A stretch of 64,000 nt of DNA from Planctomycetota bacterium (GTDB lineage: Bacteria > Planctomycetota > UBA8108 > SXIK01). The stretch is from the NCBI GenBank assembly GCA_965223265.1, contig OZ244999.1, forward strand, positions 4,256,001 through 4,320,000, in the 5' to 3' direction. A model generated the notes under the pieces. That model had not been told where the DNA came from. It saw only the letters and a program-made list of their open reading frames with translations, and did no database searches. This document shows positions 11,404 through 20,694 of this stretch, piece by piece; within the stretch, counting starts at the first letter, position 1; the number at the start of each line of letters is the position of its first letter. A program made the translations under genes and the position numbers.

Positions 11404-12315
11404 GTGTGCCGGCCGCTTCTCTCAACAGTCCAGGGAGCCTCCAACTTGCAATTCTCGCTGTGGCGGATTCTGGGCAACGACCTGCCGCCTCGACACAAGG
11501 TCGGCCAAACGCGAGAGAACCTGCTGTTCATTCTGGAGAATGAGCCGGAGCTCGAACGCTGTACGCGCCACTGGATTGTGAATCGCGTCGTCGACTCGCA
11601 CGAGGAAGAGCAGCTACTCACGACCCTCGACCGCTATTCTCAGCCGCACGTCCACATCCCGTTCTGCCTGGATGAATATCACCGCTGCGAAGAAGTCGAT
11701 CTGGACACCTATCCTCTGGTGAACGAACTCGCATCCATCGCCGATCGACGCCGGCATTCACAATGCCTCTACGTGATGCACCTCAATGCGGCAAGGAACC
11801 TGGCCATCGAAGAAGGTCGCCTGACCGCACACTGGGTTCTGCCGCTAGACGGAAACTGTTGTTTCACCAAAGACGGGTGGGAACGCATCGTCGACGGGTT
11901 AGCCCAACAGGATGACCTGCGGCGCTGCTTCGCCGTGCCGATGTATCGTGTGAAGGGTAACGCAGAGTATCATGGTTTCTCGGTTTCGGGGAGAGAGGCG
12001 AACGAGCCTCAAGTGATCATCGGGCGCGACGCCGAAGCACGCTTTGATCCTTTGTATCGATACGGCCGCGACAGCAAGATCGAGCTTTTGGAGCGATTGG
12101 AATTCGCTGATCGTAAAGGCGCGACCCACGAAATGATCCCGCCCGAAGATGGCCTTGGATATGTGATGCGGCTCTTCTCCGGTGTCCCACAAGGGGAAGG
12201 ACATTGGACGCGCCGTGCCGGGCTACGCGAGCAAGGAATCGACCTGCTTCTCGAGCGGATCGACCGAATGACCGCCGCGGAGGCTCAGGATTTCACTCCC
12301 GAGAAGCGCAGCTGA
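11404..12315 (+). CDS. Putative GT-A-like protein (RILGNDLPPRH family)
   Basis: WRILGNDLPPRH..GQT..NL.FILENEP, NAARN.A, WVLPLDGNC, EPQV, RYGR..KIELL; start uncertain. Confidence 0.65.
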   Translation: MCRPLLSTVQGASNLQFSLWRILGNDLPPRHKVGQTRENLLFILENEPELERCTRHWIVNRVVDSHEEEQLLTTLDRYSQPHVHIPFCLDEYHRCEEVDLDTYPLVNELASIADRRRHSQCLYVMHLNAARNLAIEEGRLTAHWVLPLDGNCCFTKDGWERIVDGLAQQDDLRRCFAVPMYRVKGNAEYHGFSVSGREANEPQVIIGRDAEARFDPLYRYGRDSKIELLERLEFADRKGATHEMIPPEDGLGYVMRLFSGVPQGEGHWTRRAGLREQGIDLLLERIDRMTAAEAQDFTPEKRS

Positions 12316-12318
12316 TCA

Positions 12319-13920
12319 ATGAAGAGCGCATCAACGGGAGAGCATCACCGAGAGGCAAGGCGTTCAACGGCGTCCCGCGATCCACGCCTGAATGTCTTCT
12401 CGCTCGTCACCCCATCGCACGAGACGCTCCTGAACGACTGGTTCCTGCGCACGCTGCCCAGCGACTGTCGGCCGCACCTACACTACGTTGACGCGGCACC
12501 CGTAGACTTCGGCACCCGACATTGGCACCGAGTGGTCATCCACAAGTTCGACGTTCTTGCCGCGGCGTTCGCAGCGCAGCCGGCTGACACAATCTTCGTC
12601 ATGAGCGATGTCGACATTCGCTTCTATCGAACGTTTGCCGACGACGTGCGGCGACGCATGGCTGACCTCGACATCCTGTTTCAGACGAATCGGCCGCACG
12701 ATCCACACCCGTTCAAATACTTGTGCACCGGGTTTGTCGTCATTCGTAACTGCGAGGCGACTCGAGATTTCTTCGAGCGGGCGCGCATCGTCTTGACGCA
12801 GGCAGACGACCCGATGGTCGGTGATCAGGTGTCCTGCATTCGAACGATCGAGGCACGACCCAATGCAATCCGCTTCGGTCTTCTTCCCGAAACATACTGG
12901 GTTCCGCGGCGCACCGGGACGCGGTGGCAACCGGGAGCGCCTCTGACCCCAACGCGAGACATCTTCCTCCACCATGCAAACTACACCATAGGTGTTTCCA
13001 ACAAGTTGGCGCAGCTAGCTGCGGTTGAGGAGTTGTTGGCTAACGGCGCAGAATCGAGCGATGTGAAAGAACGAACATCCGACGCTGCAGAGACGACCAC
13101 CTGTCGCCATCACTCTCGTCATGATCTCGACCCGAGATCGACCTCGGTTTTCGACGTCGCTGCACCGATCACTGCATCACCGCGAATGAGCGACGTCCCG
13201 TACAGATTAGATCTCGCTGGAGCCTGGTTGGATCAGCCGTTCGTCTCGAAAGCGTGCGCTGGCGACGTCATCGTCCTTTCCATCGAGCCGGACGAAACGT
13301 ATCTGCCGAAGAGCGGGCTAGCGACGAGTACGCGAAAGACGGCCAAGGAGCTTTGGGGTCCGCGGCTGCCAGAGTCCGATCCGGAACGAGTGGCTCGGAT
13401 TCTCTTCGCTGCGGAGAACCCGCCGGGAACTCAGGAAGTCTCCGGCTCGCAGGACGCACTGGGGATCGTACTTCCGGGAGTGAGCCGACTGAGCTACGCC
13501 GGAGAGTACTGGCCGCATGGCGTGGAGACGATTGCGGATGAGGTGACGCTCAAGTGGCTCGAAGACTCGCTCTTTCTCATCCATCTCGGCCCTCGGCCAC
13601 CCGGCTTCTCGCCGCTGTGCGAACGTACCATCAACTCACATAAGGTGCAGGCTCTCGCGAACACCGCAAAGCGTTGCTGGTCCGCCATACAAAAACGATC
13701 GACGAAAGAACTCGGCGCTGCCATGACCGACGGAGCCGCAGCTCAAGCCGCGCTGCTTCCTGCGATCGTCACCAAAGACCTTCGACAGACGATGTCGCGC
13801 CTCGCTGTCCACGCACACGGCGTCAAACTCGCCGGCGCCGGGGGAGGAGGATACGCCATCGTCGCCGCGGATGCCCCGCCGCCGGGAGCGATTTCGATCC
13901 GGGCAAGACGCCCCGGTTGA
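12319..13920 (+). CDS. Nucleotide-diphospho-sugar transferase (GT77-like) fused to GHMP-family sugar kinase
   Basis: N-terminal SDVD, CTGF, DQ, HHAN..G..NK; C-terminal PYRLDLAG.WLDQP, KSGLATS, SGSQD, KLAGAGGGG. Confidence 0.75.
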   Translation: MKSASTGEHHREARRSTASRDPRLNVFSLVTPSHETLLNDWFLRTLPSDCRPHLHYVDAAPVDFGTRHWHRVVIHKFDVLAAAFAAQPADTIFVMSDVDIRFYRTFADDVRRRMADLDILFQTNRPHDPHPFKYLCTGFVVIRNCEATRDFFERARIVLTQADDPMVGDQVSCIRTIEARPNAIRFGLLPETYWVPRRTGTRWQPGAPLTPTRDIFLHHANYTIGVSNKLAQLAAVEELLANGAESSDVKERTSDAAETTTCRHHSRHDLDPRSTSVFDVAAPITASPRMSDVPYRLDLAGAWLDQPFVSKACAGDVIVLSIEPDETYLPKSGLATSTRKTAKELWGPRLPESDPERVARILFAAENPPGTQEVSGSQDALGIVLPGVSRLSYAGEYWPHGVETIADEVTLKWLEDSLFLIHLGPRPPGFSPLCERTINSHKVQALANTAKRCWSAIQKRSTKELGAAMTDGAAAQAALLPAIVTKDLRQTMSRLAVHAHGVKLAGAGGGGYAIVAADAPPPGAISIRARRPG

Positions 13921-14049
13921 AGAGCGGTCAGAGGCGGGGTCAGAGACAGAATCAGACCCCAACGATGCAAAAAAAATGACCGCCGCGCCGAAGAGAAAAC
14001 ACAGAGGTCGTAGCGCTGGCTGCGCCCGCAGCCCAAACTTCTGAAGAAA

Positions 14050-14211
14050 AAACGCCGAGCACGCAGAGGCGCTGAGGTCGCAGAGATCAGAGGAGAGAAG
14101 GTAGAACCGTTTCGTCAAATCCAGTCGATCACCAGAATTTCGAGATCAAATCTTCTTCTCGTTCTCTCCGATCTCTGCGGCTCTCTGCGTCTCCGCGTGC
14201 TCCGCGTTTCT
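14050..14211. repeat. Long imperfect inverted repeat (CGCAGAG-type element)
   Basis: AAACGCCGAGCACGCAGAGGCGCTGAGGTCGCAGAGATC pairs with GATCTCTGCGGCTCTCTGCGTCTCCGCGTGCTCCGCGTTT; lies between convergent genes. Confidence 0.65.
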
Positions 14212-14525
14212 CTTGCCTTGCGCGCGGATAAAGTGGCACCGAGTCCGTCTCTGTTTAGCTTGGGGTCGCGCACCGGCAAACCTCACCAAACGTGAAGTCC
14301 GCCGCGACGCCTCAGAACCACCGATCGAAACCATAGGAACAACGTTTCCGAGTCTTTCGGCGCGAGATTTATGCGACTGTAGGGTCAGAGTCGGAACCCG
14401 ACGCGGATACACGCTCACGCAATCGCAATCGCTCACGAACCTAGACACAAAACACCCGCTCGACGGCCGCACTCGATTCGTCGCCTGCAGCGTTTCTGAT
14501 TCCCAACGCCGGGAACGCTCACCCC

Positions 14526-15401
14526 TCACGCAGAGCCCCAGCGGCTCGGACCGATCCCGCGCGCCTCCCGCGCCATGTTGTCCGGCCGGTTCGGCAAATC
14601 GAATTCGACGTCGCGGGTGTTCAAGCTACCGAAGAACTTGCGCACTTTCGCTGGCAGGCCCGCGACCTTTTCAGGATCGCGTTCCTCGACCTCGCCGATC
14701 GGCCCGGCCCACGCCGGACGGTAGGCGATCGCCAGCATGCGGCGCGGACCGTGGCTGTGGTTGGGGAAGTTACCGTGAAACACTTTCTGATTGATCACCA
14801 CCGCCGAACCCGCTGTGCAGGTGACCATGAGCTCCTCGTCGTGCGACAAGTAACGCTTGTACGGGTTGGCGTCGCTGTGAAGTGACAGATGCGAGCGCGG
14901 AATGACCTTGAACGGCGAGCACTCCGGCGTCAGGTCGTCTAGGTAGTAGAGAACCCGCACGAGACACGGGGAGCTCGACTCCAGACCGAAGATGGCTGAG
15001 CCGTAGGGCTGCGCGTCGGTGTGCACGGCGATACCAGGGTGGCCGGGCTCCGAGAGGGCATAGCCGCACGACGTGCAGATGATCTCATCGCCGAAGAGAT
15101 GCGCCAGAAAATCGATCATCGCCGGCAGAGCGATCACGTCGATCGCGCCGGGCGAGTCGGTCAGCTCGACCGCTGAGTGACCACGCTGGTGCTCACTGTA
15201 GTCAACGGCAGTCGTGGGCAGACGCGCGAGCTCGGTGCGGATCTTCTCGAGCTGCTCGGCCGACAACAGATCAGGGAGCACGACATAGCCATCGAGCTCC
15301 ACAGAGCGCACTCGCTCGGCGCGTGTCAGACTCGCCCAGTTAGTGTCGGGTCGGAGCGCCCGGTCGAGACTTTCGCGGGAATTGGTGAACGAAGTGTCCA
15401 T
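14526..15401 (-). CDS. Phytanoyl-CoA dioxygenase family Fe(II)/2-oxoglutarate oxygenase
   Basis: DGYVV, HTD (HxD), YYLDD, IPRSH, AGS, FHG..N...RR. Confidence 0.85.
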   Translation of the reverse strand: MDTSFTNSRESLDRALRPDTNWASLTRAERVRSVELDGYVVLPDLLSAEQLEKIRTELARLPTTAVDYSEHQRGHSAVELTDSPGAIDVIALPAMIDFLAHLFGDEIICTSCGYALSEPGHPGIAVHTDAQPYGSAIFGLESSSPCLVRVLYYLDDLTPECSPFKVIPRSHLSLHSDANPYKRYLSHDEELMVTCTAGSAVVINQKVFHGNFPNHSHGPRRMLAIAYRPAWAGPIGEVEERDPEKVAGLPAKVRKFFGSLNTRDVEFDLPNRPDNMAREARGIGPSRWGSA

Positions 15402-15420
15402 GGCTCTTCTTCCTACCGGT

Positions 15421-15487
15421 AGTCATTCGGCCGAAACTGGCCTCTGCGCGCCCAGTTTTCGACTCGAAGCACTTTTTCAACAGGCTA
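15421..15487 (+). mobile_element. Truncated and internally deleted MITE copy
   Basis: AGTCATTCGGCCGAAACTGG...CCAGTTTTCGACTCGAAGCACTTTTTCAACAGGCTA directly before the full copy. Confidence 0.75.
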
Positions 15488-15496
15488 TTCAGTTAA

Positions 15497-15655
15497 CAGC
15501 CCGTTGAAAAAGTCATTCGGCCGAGAAACTGGCCTCTTCACGCCCAGATCGACCGCGGCGAGCCTCGAAAATCTCGGAGATTACCTACGTTCGCCGCGGC
15601 CGATCTGGACGCGAAGCGACCAGTTTTCGACTCGAAGCACTTTTTCAACAGGCTG
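15497..15655 (+). mobile_element. 159-bp MITE, full copy, TTAA target duplication
   Basis: TIRs CAGCCCGTTGAAAAAGT / ACTTTTTCAACAGGCTG; TTAA at 15493-15496 and 15656-15659. Confidence 0.85.
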
Positions 15656-16390
15656 TTAAGCATCCTGCAGCAAGCTGATCGTGACATACACATACCCCGA
15701 CCAGCTCTCTCTTTTGACACTCACTCGCTCACACTCGTCTCCGGTGAGCACTTCGCAGCGCTGGGAGAGCTCACTTCTCGGCACTTTCATGAAGGCGTCA
15801 TACGCGTCGCTTCGCGTGAAGCGGAGATAGTACCTGCCTTCCAGAGGCCATTCTGGGTAGGCGAGGAAGCCGACGATCTCACCGTCGAGCAGCAGCCAGT
15901 GCCCACCCGGCGTGATTTCGATCTCTCGCTCCAGTGGGAGAAAACCCATGATTTGCGCCTCGATTTCGCTTCCAAGCTGCGGCAGTGGCGCGTGCGACGA
16001 CGCGAGCGCCTTGCTTGGGTTTTTGTTTCGCTTGACTGGCATCGCGACAGCGTAGAGAGCCGCCGGGAAACCGTAACCGATGTCGACATACGCAACCGAG
16101 GGCGTCGCGTGCACCACGGTGCCCTTGACGACTTCGCCTGGCCTGAGCCGCGCCTCGGTCTGCGTCCACTCGTCTTCCCTCTCGCGCGCGTGATACGTAC
16201 CGAAGACCGGCTGGAGTACCGCCCACTTGCGTCGCCGCTGCCATTCCTCGAAGAGCACGAACGGAGCGCCGACGAGGACCCCGCCGACCAAGCATCCAAG
16301 GAGGGCACCGAGAAGCCCGCCCGTGAGCCAGCCCACCATGATGCCGCCCACCGCGCCGGCAGCTCCAAAGATATCTCTCAAGCCGACCAT
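15656..16390 (-). CDS. Membrane-anchored protein with S1-like OB domain
   Basis: Gly-rich TM hairpin, then GEVVKGTVV...AYVDIGYGFPAAL...LGSEIEAQI; the stop codon lies in the MITE TTAA site. Confidence 0.65.
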   Translation of the reverse strand: MVGLRDIFGAAGAVGGIMVGWLTGGLLGALLGCLVGGVLVGAPFVLFEEWQRRRKWAVLQPVFGTYHAREREDEWTQTEARLRPGEVVKGTVVHATPSVAYVDIGYGFPAALYAVAMPVKRNKNPSKALASSHAPLPQLGSEIEAQIMGFLPLEREIEITPGGHWLLLDGEIVGFLAYPEWPLEGRYYLRFTRSDAYDAFMKVPRSELSQRCEVLTGDECERVSVKRESWSGYVYVTISLLQDA

Positions 16391-16701
16391 GGCAAGTCAC
16401 CTGCGAAAGTCATCTGCGAAAGTGACCGGGTAGCCCAGCTCTTCGCGGCGCGCCGTAAGCGCTTTCGTGCTATCGGCAACCTTCAGCGTCAACTGGAGAC
16501 AACTTGTGCGCCATCAATGCTCGGTAGCAGACACGCCCCGGAGATCACTTGCGGCAGCAACGGCACCCCGGAACATCCCGAGCGTCGGGTAACTCTACGG
16601 ACCACCGAACAGTCGACGAGGCGCAAAGGTACAGACACTAACTTGTTACTAGCACGACCTCGGCAACACAAAGAAGCGACTTTTGGTCGAAGTAGCCCTA
16701 A

Positions 16702-16861
16702 CAGCCCGTTGAAAAAGTCATTCGGCCGAAGAAACTGGCCTCTTCACGCCCAGCTCGACCGCGTCAATACTCGAAAATCCCGAAGATTGCCTCCGTTTGC
16801 CGCAGCCGATCTGGACGCGAAGAGACCAGTTTTCGGCTCGAAGCACTTTTTCAACAGGCCG
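16702..16861 (+). mobile_element. 160-bp MITE, full copy, CTAA target duplication
   Basis: Same TIRs; CTAA at 16698-16701 and 16862-16865. Confidence 0.85.
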
Positions 16862-17049
16862 CTAAGACGGCAACCCGGACCACGTGCTTGGGTCGCAGGC
16901 GTGTGTTGCGATGGAGGGTAGCGTGTGTACCCCGACCTGCCAGTGAGGGATGGTGGGGGACGGTCAAATGCTGAATTTGTGAGCGACCGCGACGATCGCA
17001 AGGTCGCGAAACGATGCTCCATCACATAGCGCTAGGCGGACGCGACCAA

Positions 17050-18633
17050 TCAGCGAATCAACGCCGACCGTTTCTCCCGAATGTACTCAGCCGAACGCAG
17101 CGCGAGCGCTGCCAGTGTGGCCGTGGGATTGACCGCCGCCCCGGTCGGAAACAGGCTCGAGCCTGCGACGAATAGGTTCTCGACTTCATGTGCTTGCCCG
17201 TAAGAGTTGGTCACTGAGCTCTCGGGATCATTTCCCATCAGCGTGCCGCCCATCTCGTGAATAGCGATGCGGTCGCCCGCCCATACTTCTGTCGTGTTCG
17301 CGGCCTTGAAGATATCGAGTCCTTCTTCTTTCGCAAGCTCGAGGCGCACCGCGTTCTCGTCCGGTATGTTGTTGACGACTTTAGCAGCCGGTAGTCCGAA
17401 ACGGTCGCGACGATCGGATGCCAACTCGACTCGATTCTCAAATGTCGATGTCTCTTCACAGAGCGCCGTCATGTTACCGAAATGTCGGGTCGTACGGCGT
17501 AGAAAGTCGTCGAGCGCTGCGCCATAGAGATCGACACGACTGCCCGCAATGCCAAGCAAGTCGTTCGGCTTCACGGCCTGTCCACCAAGCCACTGGCGGC
17601 TGCCAAAAGCGCTCGCCGCCGGTACCTTATTGTCGTATCCGACCTGCGAGAGAAAGTTCGCCCCGGAAACACCGCGATGGGGAGCCGTCTCCTCCTCAAA
17701 CAGCCCAGAGATCACAACCGCAGGATGTGTCGTGTAGTGATGCCCCAACATTCCAGCGCCGTTGGCGAGACCACCGGGGTGTGCGCCGCTGCGAGAAAGT
17801 AAGAGAAGGCGCACCGTCGGAATCGCAGCCGCGGCAACAATCACGAGGCCGGCAGGCTGCGTGTGGAGCTCTCCGTCTGCGTCTCGGTACTCGACGCCCG
17901 TCGCGCGGCTGCCAGAAGCATCCGTCGTCACCTTGACGACGTACGCGTTGTGCTGGAGCCTGGCGCCGGCCCTTTGTGCCCTCGGCCACTGGAGCACAAG
18001 CGGATTCGCGAGTGCCCCGATGGGACAACCCGCATCGCACCAACCGTCGAGAATGCACCCGCGTCGGCCGTCGAAGCCGCGACTGTTGATGGCGATCGAG
18101 TTGGGCGCAGTGGCAATGCCCAACGCATCGAACCCCTTCGTGATGGCACGCGTTTGCGCGAGCTCTGGCAACGGCCGCATCGGATACGGATCGGCTGGCG
18201 GCGACCATGGCTCTTGAGAAACATCTCCGGAGACACCGAAATCGATCTGCGCGCGATCGTAGTAGGACCGCAGGTCGCTGTAATCGATCGGCCAGTCGAG
18301 CCCTCTGCCGTAGAGCGTCTGCTCTTTGAAGTCGTTTTCGTGAAAACGATACCAGTTGCCGTACCAATGGAACCCCGCACCGCCAGTTCCCCATCCCATG
18401 CCGAAATTGAATGCAGACAGCAGATCGCCTTCACCGACGATAGGCGGACCAGCCCACTTGTGGCGCCGCGACCAGATCTGCGAGCTCACCATTTCCTGAG
18501 TGGTCCTTTGTCGACCGCCTTCAAGCGTTAGCACCTCGAAGCCGGACTTAGCTAGCTCCAACGCCATCATGCTGCCGGCGATTCCCGATCCGACGATGAC
18601 GACCTCGACTGGTTCGTGTCTTTGGGTGTTCAT
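17050..18633 (-). CDS. GMC family flavoprotein (gluconate 2-dehydrogenase alpha-like)
   Basis: IVGSGIAG FAD motif, GGAGFHW, C..GWC..GCP Cys cluster, HEMGGTLMG, NPTAT. Confidence 0.9.
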   Translation of the reverse strand: MNTQRHEPVEVVIVGSGIAGSMMALELAKSGFEVLTLEGGRQRTTQEMVSSQIWSRRHKWAGPPIVGEGDLLSAFNFGMGWGTGGAGFHWYGNWYRFHENDFKEQTLYGRGLDWPIDYSDLRSYYDRAQIDFGVSGDVSQEPWSPPADPYPMRPLPELAQTRAITKGFDALGIATAPNSIAINSRGFDGRRGCILDGWCDAGCPIGALANPLVLQWPRAQRAGARLQHNAYVVKVTTDASGSRATGVEYRDADGELHTQPAGLVIVAAAAIPTVRLLLLSRSGAHPGGLANGAGMLGHHYTTHPAVVISGLFEEETAPHRGVSGANFLSQVGYDNKVPAASAFGSRQWLGGQAVKPNDLLGIAGSRVDLYGAALDDFLRRTTRHFGNMTALCEETSTFENRVELASDRRDRFGLPAAKVVNNIPDENAVRLELAKEEGLDIFKAANTTEVWAGDRIAIHEMGGTLMGNDPESSVTNSYGQAHEVENLFVAGSSLFPTGAAVNPTATLAALALRSAEYIREKRSALIR

Positions 18634-18652
18634 CCTTTTCTCCCAGCGGCGG

Positions 18653-19207
18653 CTACCAGGGTGTCGTCGGTCGAATGTGCGGCAAATACGGAACGTTCAG
18701 TTTGCGAAAACCTTCAAGCGTTCCATAGACGACGTCCACGGCATCACTTCTGGAGATGAAATAGAAGAACGGTGGAATAGGATCCTTCCAAACGGTGGTC
18801 GAAAACGTCGCCGCTGCATCAACAACCGCTTTCCTCTGGGTATCGTTTAAGTCGAGGAAGGATCTCGAGAAGCGCTCCATGCTCTCGTCTTCTACTCCTG
18901 CAATGCCGCCGAGATAAAAATCACCAAGCGGTGGGTTGCTCAGATACTTCAACATCAGGAGCGTGTCGTGGAACGACTGGCTCAAATGCTTGTCGAGAAA
19001 CTTTGCCACGCCCGCTTCCGCCGCACCGACAGCAAGCGTGTCGCACCATGCTGAGTAGACGTCTGCCTGGTGTGGTGTGAGCACTTTCAAAGGACCGTGT
19101 GCGGTGTCCTCAGCAGCAAGCTTCTTCAGCGGGCTGACGTATTCGATCCCACTGAAGGCGAAAGCACCCGCACCAACTGTGGTGAGGAAGTCGCGCCTCG
19201 TCGTCAT
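18653..19207 (-). CDS. Gluconate 2-dehydrogenase subunit 3 (gamma)-like Tat protein
   Basis: RBS AGGAGG then ATG 19207; MTTRRDFL twin-Arg signal; GAAEAGV..FLD, F..SF.DL; directly upstream of the GMC gene. Confidence 0.8.
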   Translation of the reverse strand: MTTRRDFLTTVGAGAFAFSGIEYVSPLKKLAAEDTAHGPLKVLTPHQADVYSAWCDTLAVGAAEAGVAKFLDKHLSQSFHDTLLMLKYLSNPPLGDFYLGGIAGVEDESMERFSRSFLDLNDTQRKAVVDAAATFSTTVWKDPIPPFFYFISRSDAVDVVYGTLEGFRKLNVPYLPHIRPTTPW

Positions 19208-19353
19208 CTTGCCTCCTACGTTTGTCTCCTGTGCGCTGGCGGCTTGAGCGGCCGCCCCGTCTCCAAATCCTATAGTACTCACGTTCGCCGCCTCGTTGAA
19301 AAGAATCCGTTCTTTAGCCCTTGGCTAGCTGCGATGAACGTCTTGCTGTAGTC

Positions 19354-20694
19354 CTAGCTGTCGGTGACGGATTCCAAAAGCGAGCCCGGTTCGTCTCGCG
19401 CTGCCGCATCATGCGGCGCTGAGAGCGTCTTCAAGAACGCGATGATGTCCCGAACATCTCGGTCACTCAGATGCAAACGCGGGATCTCGTGGCGGTGTTG
19501 CGATTTGTCGGGCGGGGATCGGTAATGCTCGAGCACGCGCTCCAGCGTCGCGAAACGTCCATCGTGCATGTACGGCGCGGTGTGCACGAGGTTGCGTAGA
19601 CTGGGCGTCAAGAACGCGCCGCGCGTCAGAGACTGCACTTCGACGCGATGTAGCGTGTCGAGGTGCTGACAATCGCTCTCAGGTGTCGACCATGGGCTAC
19701 GGCAGTTGAATTCATCGTTGAGAAGTGTGTCCCGGGCGCCGAATCGCCCGCTGTCGACGTCACCGTCACTCCCGAGTCCAGTGCCAACATTGTGAAATGA
19801 ATCTGTCGTGAACCGCGGCCCCAGATGGCAGCTAACGCATCCCGCATCGCCGCTGACAAACCGCCGCAGGCCGCGCTGCTCCTGCTCGTCCAGAAGTTCG
19901 CTTGCTCGGTCTTGCTCCCCTGAGAGGAGAGCTCGCACAAAACGATCGAACCGCGTCACCGGCAGCTCGAGCGTCGCCTCAAAGGCGGCGATCGATTTGC
20001 CGACGTTGACGAAGATCTGAGTGATCGACCGCTGTTGCGCGACCGTGAGCGCATCCCAGGCTTCACGCTCGCGCTGCTCGCCAAGAGGCGAGGCGCGGCG
20101 CGGCCAACTCGTCCAGCCCCCGGCCTCCGGTGTCCCGAAGATCCTCTCGTACTCGTGTCGCAGTTTCGCGTCTGACAGAATCAACCGTGCGACGCCCGAC
20201 CGTGTGCCGTTCATCTCCTTTGGACTTTCAATCGGCTCCAAGGCCTGCGCCCAAAGGCTATCCTTGCGACCGTCCCAGTAGAGCCACTTGCGATGCCGAA
20301 TCCCGACAAGGCTCGGCGAGTTGCGCGTCAGCGCCACTCGTCCCTGCCCAGTGGCTCGACCGTCCTGGAAAAAGCGATCCGGCTCGTGGCAGCTCTGACA
20401 CGACATCTTGCCGTCGCCACTCAGTCTAGCGTCACTGAACAGACGCTTTCCCAACGCTGCGGCTCGACGATCCCCGGCCAACGGGTTTCTTCTGTCCGCA
20501 GCAAAGCGCGGCAGGCTGTCGATGGAGAGCGACTTCAGCAGTCGAAGCTCGGAAGGCGTCCAGGCAGGAGACGCAGATGGAGCAACAGCCTCGCCCGATT
20601 GAGACCGCAGGCCCGGTGCTGACAGAGCCACGAGAAGCATCCATCGGCACCGAGCCTGCGTCGTGAAGGGCTTATTGGTCGTAGACGCGAACAT
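19354..20694 (-). CDS. Di-heme cytochrome c peroxidase/MauG-MbnH superfamily protein
   Basis: LGKRLFSD.RLS, CQSCH, WDGRKDSLWAQAL, CVSCH, TPSLRN, TAPYMHDG...LERVLEHY; start at 20694 or 20640. Confidence 0.85.
   Translation of the reverse strand: MFASTTNKPFTTQARCRWMLLVALSAPGLRSQSGEAVAPSASPAWTPSELRLLKSLSIDSLPRFAADRRNPLAGDRRAAALGKRLFSDARLSGDGKMSCQSCHEPDRFFQDGRATGQGRVALTRNSPSLVGIRHRKWLYWDGRKDSLWAQALEPIESPKEMNGTRSGVARLILSDAKLRHEYERIFGTPEAGGWTSWPRRASPLGEQREREAWDALTVAQQRSITQIFVNVGKSIAAFEATLELPVTRFDRFVRALLSGEQDRASELLDEQEQRGLRRFVSGDAGCVSCHLGPRFTTDSFHNVGTGLGSDGDVDSGRFGARDTLLNDEFNCRSPWSTPESDCQHLDTLHRVEVQSLTRGAFLTPSLRNLVHTAPYMHDGRFATLERVLEHYRSPPDKSQHRHEIPRLHLSDRDVRDIIAFLKTLSAPHDAAARDEPGSLLESVTDS

Noticed and set aside
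15538-15720. Recurrent short ORFs containing LLKKCFExKTGxFAS (also 16744..17025, 58985..59206)
   Set aside because: These are translations of the MITE, not an independent protein family.
15497-16861. MITE-gene-MITE as a composite transposon carrying the S1-like gene
   Set aside because: Each MITE has its own target duplication (TTAA/TTAA and CTAA/CTAA), which indicates independent insertions.
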